A stretch of DNA of 39,278 nucleotides, taken from positions 1 through 39,278 of the forward strand of contig JAHEKB010000001.1 of assembly GCA_024638525.1 (NCBI GenBank), read 5' to 3'. The stretch comes from Bacteroidota bacterium (lineage in GTDB: Bacteria > Bacteroidota > Bacteroidia > NS11-12g > UBA9320). This document shows, in pieces, positions 34,749 through 39,278 of this stretch (its first letter is position 1; every line of letters starts with the position of its first letter). The position numbers were made by a program, and so were the translations under genes. The notes under the pieces are model-generated. The model searched no databases. It saw only the letters and a list, made by a program, of their open reading frames with translations, and was not told the DNA's origin.

Positions 34749-36029
34749 ATGAGTTTTGAGTCAAATTACAATCTTGTCGAAGAGCTGAAATGGAGAGGGC
34801 TGTTTCATCAGGATACTCCCGGTACAGAAGAATTACTATCTAAGGAAAAAGTGCGCGGTTATATAGGGTTCGATCCCACCGCAGACTCATTGCATATAGG
34901 AAACCTGGTGCCCATAATACTACTGGTTCACCTACAACGCTCTGGGCATCAACCAGTGGTTTTGGTAGGAGGAGCAACAGGGATGGTAGGAGATCCTTCT
35001 GGAAAGAAATCAGAAAGGCAGTTATTGGATACGGAGAGTATTCAAAAAAACTTGGAAGGTCAATTGGCTCAACTCAAACGCTTTTTGAACTTTGATGGAG
35101 AAGAAGGAGCCTTGGTAGTCAATAATTACGATTGGTTTTCTTCTATGGGCTTTTTAGATTTCATCCGCGATGTTGGCAAGCACATCAGTGTGAATTATAT
35201 GATGGCTAAAGACTCGGTCAAGAATCGCCTAGAGAGCGGTATGTCATTTACCGAATTCAGCTATCAATTGGTGCAGGGATATGATTTTTACCACCTTTGG
35301 AAAGAGATGGATGTGAAGCTCCAGATGGGAGGGAGCGATCAATGGGGCAATATCGTAACGGGAACTGAATTGATCCGGAGAAAAGGACAAGGAGAAGGAT
35401 TTGCACTTACCTCGCCCTTAATAACGAAATCGGACGGCGGCAAATTCGGAAAATCTGAAGGAGGAAACGTTTGGCTAGACAGCAATAGAACCTCAGTATA
35501 TGAGTTTTACCAGTTTTGGATCAACACTTCAGATGAGGATGCCGAGCGGTATATAAAGATCTTTACGCTCTTAGAAAAAGATGTCATTGATGATTTAATT
35601 ATTAAGCATCGAGACATGCCCCATTTAAGGACATTGCAAAAGGAATTGGCAAAGTATATGACTAGCTGGGTTCATGGCGAATCCAATTTTGAAAAGGTCT
35701 ATGAAATGAGTGACTATTTATTTAGGTCGGATTCTATAGAGAAGATTGCTAGCTTGGAATTTAGCGATGTGCTGGCCTTGTTTAGTGGCAAGCCCATTGC
35801 TGAAGTAGAAACGGTAAATGGGATGAGCATGATAGAAGCACTATCATCCAAAACACAATTCCTGCCTTCCAATAAAGAAGCGAGCAGAGCCTTAAAAGAA
35901 AACTCCGTATCAGTAAACGGAGAAAAAGTGGGCTGGGACTACGAACTTGGTGATAAGGATTTGCTTTCTGGCAAGTTTATCATTGTTCAAAGAGGAAAAA
36001 AGCGCCATTTTTTGTTAGTAAAGAAGTAG
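34749..36029 (+). CDS. tyrS: Tyrosine--tRNA ligase
   Basis: It has the class I signature HIGN (SLHIGNLV), KFGKS (the KMSKS equivalent), and a C-terminal S4-like domain. Confidence 0.95.
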   Translation: MSFESNYNLVEELKWRGLFHQDTPGTEELLSKEKVRGYIGFDPTADSLHIGNLVPIILLVHLQRSGHQPVVLVGGATGMVGDPSGKKSERQLLDTESIQKNLEGQLAQLKRFLNFDGEEGALVVNNYDWFSSMGFLDFIRDVGKHISVNYMMAKDSVKNRLESGMSFTEFSYQLVQGYDFYHLWKEMDVKLQMGGSDQWGNIVTGTELIRRKGQGEGFALTSPLITKSDGGKFGKSEGGNVWLDSNRTSVYEFYQFWINTSDEDAERYIKIFTLLEKDVIDDLIIKHRDMPHLRTLQKELAKYMTSWVHGESNFEKVYEMSDYLFRSDSIEKIASLEFSDVLALFSGKPIAEVETVNGMSMIEALSSKTQFLPSNKEASRALKENSVSVNGEKVGWDYELGDKDLLSGKFIIVQRGKKRHFLLVKK

Positions 36030-36030
36030 A

Positions 36031-36885
36031 ATGATTAAAATAGATCCTAAAGAGATTGAAATTCCGAAGCTTCATCACTACCTATTAGGTTCTGTTGGGC
36101 CAAGACCTATTTGCTTTGCAAGTACAATAGACAGTAAAGGCAATAGGAATTTAAGTCCTTTTAGCTTTTTCAATGTATTCAGCGCTAATCCTCCTATTAT
36201 GGTGTTTTCTCCGGCGCGGAGTGGGAGAACCAATACAACCAAAAACACATATGACAATGTGGTGGATGTCCCAGAAGTGGTTATTAATGTGGTTACTTAC
36301 TCTATGGTTAACCAGATGAGCCTGACCAGTTCTCCCTACCCAAAAGGGGTAGATGAATTCGAAAAAGGCGGTTTTACTGCCGTGGCATCTGAGAATATTA
36401 GGCCATACAGGGTTGCGGAATCTCCGATACAGATGGAGTGCAAGGTGTTGGAAGTAAAGGAATTAGGACATGAAGGTGCCGCTGGAAATTTAGTGATATG
36501 TGAACTGCTTTGTATTCATTTGGATGAAACTATACTAGACGATAAAGCTATGGTTGATCAACAGAAAGTAGACCTCGTGGCTAGGATGGGTGGGAGTTGG
36601 TATTGCAGAGCATATGGAGACGCACTGTTTCAATTAGACAAACCGATTACCAGCCTTGGAATTGGTATAGATGCTCTACCGGAAGCGATTCGAAATTCGA
36701 AAGAACTATCGGGGAATGAACTTGGGCTATTGGGCAGTTTGACAGAATTACCAAAGACAGAAGAGATTAGAAATCAAATAGATAAATTATCTAAAGAAAA
36801 AATCACTTTAAGTAATGCCAAACTTGCGTTAAACCGCGGTGAATGGAAGTTGGCATATTGCATATTGAGTGAGTGCCTCTCATGA
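36031..36885 (+). CDS. Flavin reductase-like (FMN-binding split-barrel) family protein
   Basis: It reads ...GPRPICFASTIDSKGNRNLSPFSFFNVFSANPPIMVFS..., the typical flavin reductase-like domain pattern. The start lies 1 nt after the tyrS stop. Confidence 0.75.
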   Translation: MIKIDPKEIEIPKLHHYLLGSVGPRPICFASTIDSKGNRNLSPFSFFNVFSANPPIMVFSPARSGRTNTTKNTYDNVVDVPEVVINVVTYSMVNQMSLTSSPYPKGVDEFEKGGFTAVASENIRPYRVAESPIQMECKVLEVKELGHEGAAGNLVICELLCIHLDETILDDKAMVDQQKVDLVARMGGSWYCRAYGDALFQLDKPITSLGIGIDALPEAIRNSKELSGNELGLLGSLTELPKTEEIRNQIDKLSKEKITLSNAKLALNRGEWKLAYCILSECLS

Positions 36886-37412
36886 ATTTTCAAGTATTCT
36901 TATTCAAGTTGACAATGAGCCTTTACTATGTGATTAGGCTGAGTTTAATGTTTGCCCCACTCACCATATTGCTGGTATTTTCCAGACAAGGGGGGTGGAA
37001 ATATGGATTTACCTTTATTCAGAATAGCCTAAATGTGGGATTATTTATGGCTTTCGCTATGGGCTTCATGTTGGGAATGTACCATGTATTGAGCTATGAG
37101 CTAATCGGAGAAGGACCCTTGAAAAATTATTTGCGCTCAAAGCAAAAGGTTAAAGTAAAATCTTCAATGAGTTTGAGTGATATTGTGGAAGGAGCCTTAA
37201 GTGATGATAGAAACTCGCTGATAACGGAAGGCGAGAATTCTGTGACATTGAAAAGGAAAGTTATTTTTTCTCCCCCAGATAAAATCAAAATCAGTACAGA
37301 TGAAGAAGGTTATGTTATAGAGAGCAGACCTCATTACAATTGGTGGTTTATTGATTTTGGACGAAACTTTAAGCACGTCAAGCTGTTTGCTAAACAGTTG
37401 CAATCTTCATGA
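36882..37412 (+). CDS. Hypothetical membrane protein (two predicted TM helices plus a ~100-aa soluble C-terminal domain)
   Basis: The hydrophobic segments are LYYVIRLSLMFAPLTILLVF and VGLFMAFAMGFMLGMYHVL. I recognise no family. The start is set at ATG 36882 (ATGA overlap with the upstream stop) rather than the ORF track's GTG at 36873. Confidence 0.5.
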   Translation: MNFQVFLFKLTMSLYYVIRLSLMFAPLTILLVFSRQGGWKYGFTFIQNSLNVGLFMAFAMGFMLGMYHVLSYELIGEGPLKNYLRSKQKVKVKSSMSLSDIVEGALSDDRNSLITEGENSVTLKRKVIFSPPDKIKISTDEEGYVIESRPHYNWWFIDFGRNFKHVKLFAKQLQSS

Positions 37413-37978
37413 ATATTACCATTATTTCAGGTTCAGCAAGGATAGATAATAACACTATGCGCGTGGCTAAAGCCATTTCTTCAATGGTCGAAAATGCCAA
37501 AATCATAGACTTCAAAGATTTTGATCTTCCCTATGCCAACGAGGGCTTTCTCAATTTTAATGAGCTCAGTCCTTTTCAACAAGATTTAACAGACTCTATT
37601 GAGCACGCGGACTTACTTATAGTACTTACTCCTGAGTACAATTGGTTTCCCAGTGCAGAGGTTATCAATATGGTACATCAATTGGCAAGCAAGCCTTTTA
37701 GTCACATTTTTGACAACAAGGTCGCAGCATTTGTTGGTGTTAGCACAGGAAGAGGAGGCCGTATGCCAGCGGTTCAGCTGAGTTATGTGTTTGACAAAAT
37801 CTTCAATGTATTCAATTTGCAAAGCATCACGTCACCTAAGAAATTTGAATCTCAATTCACCACCCAATGCATATCTGAAACAGGTGAACTCTTGGATAAT
37901 GATGCCTATAATCAAGGCCTTAAAGACTTTGTCCAATATTCTGTAAATGTTGCTGATAGGTGGCATTCTAATCGTTAA
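37409..37978 (+). CDS. NAD(P)H-dependent FMN reductase family oxidoreductase
   Basis: It reads MNITIISGSAR...(flavodoxin-like P-loop region) and LLIVLTPEYNWFPSAEVINMV, the canonical FMN_red motifs. An ATGA overlap links it to the preceding gene. Confidence 0.8.
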   Translation: MNITIISGSARIDNNTMRVAKAISSMVENAKIIDFKDFDLPYANEGFLNFNELSPFQQDLTDSIEHADLLIVLTPEYNWFPSAEVINMVHQLASKPFSHIFDNKVAAFVGVSTGRGGRMPAVQLSYVFDKIFNVFNLQSITSPKKFESQFTTQCISETGELLDNDAYNQGLKDFVQYSVNVADRWHSNR

Positions 37979-37983
37979 TTTTC

Positions 37984-37997
37984 TATACTTTGCGCCA
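37984..37997 (+). promoter_or_regulatory. Candidate promoter element (TATACTTTGCGCCA) for the SBBP-like gene
   Basis: It is a near-match to TAnnTTTG and contains the same TTTGCGCCA 9-mer found upstream of hscA and lpxH. It ends 3 nt before the ATG at 38001. Confidence 0.35.
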
Positions 37998-38000
37998 TTA

Positions 38001-39278
38001 ATGCGCAATTCTATGAGACACTTATTTACCCTAGTATTGGGTCTTTCTATTTTAACTATTAATGCTCAAAATTCATCATTTGTGAATGCCCTTGGAGGGA
38101 CAGATGATGAAGTGGCTGTTGACATGGTTCAAGTAGCTAGTGGAGATTACTATCTGCTCGCCAATACCAGCAGTTATGGGCAAGGAGATCGAGATATCTA
38201 TTTGGCACGGACAAACGGGCTTGGTGAAGTTACCTGGGCTTATGCCTATGGTACTTCTGCAGATGAATATGCCACCTCACTCACCTTACTTTCGGATGGG
38301 GGACTCCTAATAACCGCTGTAAGCGATGGCTTTATTGGAAATTATGATGCGGGATTAATCCTAAAGGTAAACAGTTCCGGGGCTATTAGCTGGAGTAAAG
38401 TTCTATCGACTGACAGCACATTGAGATTACATGATGCGGTTCAGGCAAATACAGGAAATATCTATGTTACCGGAACCATAAATATCGACTCATTGGAAAA
38501 CAATGTATTGCTCACAAACTTGAATAATTCCGGCAACTTCTTCTGGTCGAAAACATATGGAGGAATTAATGATGATGAAGGGTACAGTATAGATGTAGAT
38601 GCAGCCAATCGATTGATCATAGCAGGAACTACGATGAATGACAGCATCGTAAATGGCAGTTCAGGTGATGTTGATATTCAATTGCTGCGAATACTGGCAA
38701 ACGGCAATGTGGATTGGATAAATAATTACGGAACCGTTTCAAAGGAAGTTGCTACTAAGGTAAGAGCGAAGGGTGCAAATTATTATTTAGCGGGCTATAC
38801 CGAAGGTAGTATTGATTTGTCCGAAGATGCCCTTGTGATGAAAGTAGATACCTTTGGTGATATAAACTACAGTCAGTCATTTTTTGCTGCAGTGGACGAC
38901 CGAGCAACTGATCTATATGTGAACAATGACGGAAGTGTGGGGGTAATTGGTTATTTAGAAGGATTTACTACCGTTCGTGATATCATGGCTATCGAGCTTA
39001 ACTCAAATGGAGGGTTGACCTCAACATTTGTTTTTGGAGGTGATTCCACAGACGGTGGAAGTGCAGCAATTGCAAGATCTTTGGAATCTGGATATTCCAT
39101 TTTTTCAAGCGGAGGAACCTACAGGTCAAATGGAGATGATGACTTATACCTGATTAAAACAGAATCTGATTTCAGCACGGGATGTGGCCAAGTATTTCAG
39201 CCTATCAGTGAAGCAGCTCAGATCATGAATGACAATTCACATACCTATACATCCAACTTATCTCTTGGTGGAAATACG
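38001..39278 (+). CDS. Secreted beta-propeller (SBBP-like) repeat protein, N-terminal 426 aa; the 3' end runs off the window
   Basis: Absent from the ORF track because it is open to the window edge. My translation starts MRNSMRHLFTLVLGLSILTINAQN (signal peptide). About 45-aa repeats of the type ..W.KTYGG.NDDEGYSIDVD..N.LIIAGTT.. / ..WAYAYGTSADEYATSLTLLSDGGLLIT.. follow. Confidence 0.6.
   Translation, partial: MRNSMRHLFTLVLGLSILTINAQNSSFVNALGGTDDEVAVDMVQVASGDYYLLANTSSYGQGDRDIYLARTNGLGEVTWAYAYGTSADEYATSLTLLSDGGLLITAVSDGFIGNYDAGLILKVNSSGAISWSKVLSTDSTLRLHDAVQANTGNIYVTGTINIDSLENNVLLTNLNNSGNFFWSKTYGGINDDEGYSIDVDAANRLIIAGTTMNDSIVNGSSGDVDIQLLRILANGNVDWINNYGTVSKEVATKVRAKGANYYLAGYTEGSIDLSEDALVMKVDTFGDINYSQSFFAAVDDRATDLYVNNDGSVGVIGYLEGFTTVRDIMAIELNSNGGLTSTFVFGGDSTDGGSAAIARSLESGYSIFSSGGTYRSNGDDDLYLIKTESDFSTGCGQVFQPISEAAQIMNDNSHTYTSNLSLGGNT

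Noticed and set aside
1-39278. A search for mobile elements, CRISPR arrays, rRNA, tRNA, tmRNA or RNase P genes.
   Set aside because: No integrase, transposase or recombinase-like ORFs, no long terminal or spaced direct repeats, and no non-coding gap longer than ~130 nt. Every gap is accounted for by promoters, terminators or short hairpins.

Overview
This is a compact, almost gap-free core-chromosome segment from an AT-rich Bacteroidota (Flavobacteriia-like) genome. That placement rests on T9SS C-terminal sorting domains, a type III glutamine synthetase, a DUF2723 protein, and TAnnTTTG-type promoter boxes in nearly every intergenic gap. I count 33 protein-coding genes, two of them cut by the window edges. 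Most are housekeeping: ndk, nrnA, rimK, fabH, rimP-nusA-infB, rlmB, hscA, rlmN, purM, glnN (GSIII), prfA, lpxH, polA and tyrS. They are interspersed with envelope and secreted proteins: a tandem FKBP-like lipoprotein, a Reeler-like T9SS cargo, an Omp28-like lipoprotein, a large OmpA-family lipoprotein, a small OM beta-barrel, and an SBBP-like repeat protein. I see no rRNA, tRNA, CRISPR array, transposase, integrase, prophage or recognisable defence gene, and no gap is large enough to hide one. I did not find a convincing novel multi-gene system. The observations most worth a second look are small-scale. (1) A terminator-shaped hairpin sits between a good promoter match and the TTG start of rimP-nusA-infB. 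(2) A TTTGCGCCA element abuts three unrelated start codons, suggesting leaderless or near-leaderless mRNAs. (3) A dense cluster of 7-mer direct and inverted repeats lies in the rlmB/DUF2795 intergenic region. (4) An orphan hscA is translationally coupled to an outer-membrane beta-barrel gene. (5) An OmpA-family lipoprotein carries a C-terminal domain that looks like a catalytically dead retropepsin. (6) A tight tyrS / flavin reductase / membrane protein / FMN reductase cluster. All functional calls come from reading the translations and motifs by eye; no searches were run.
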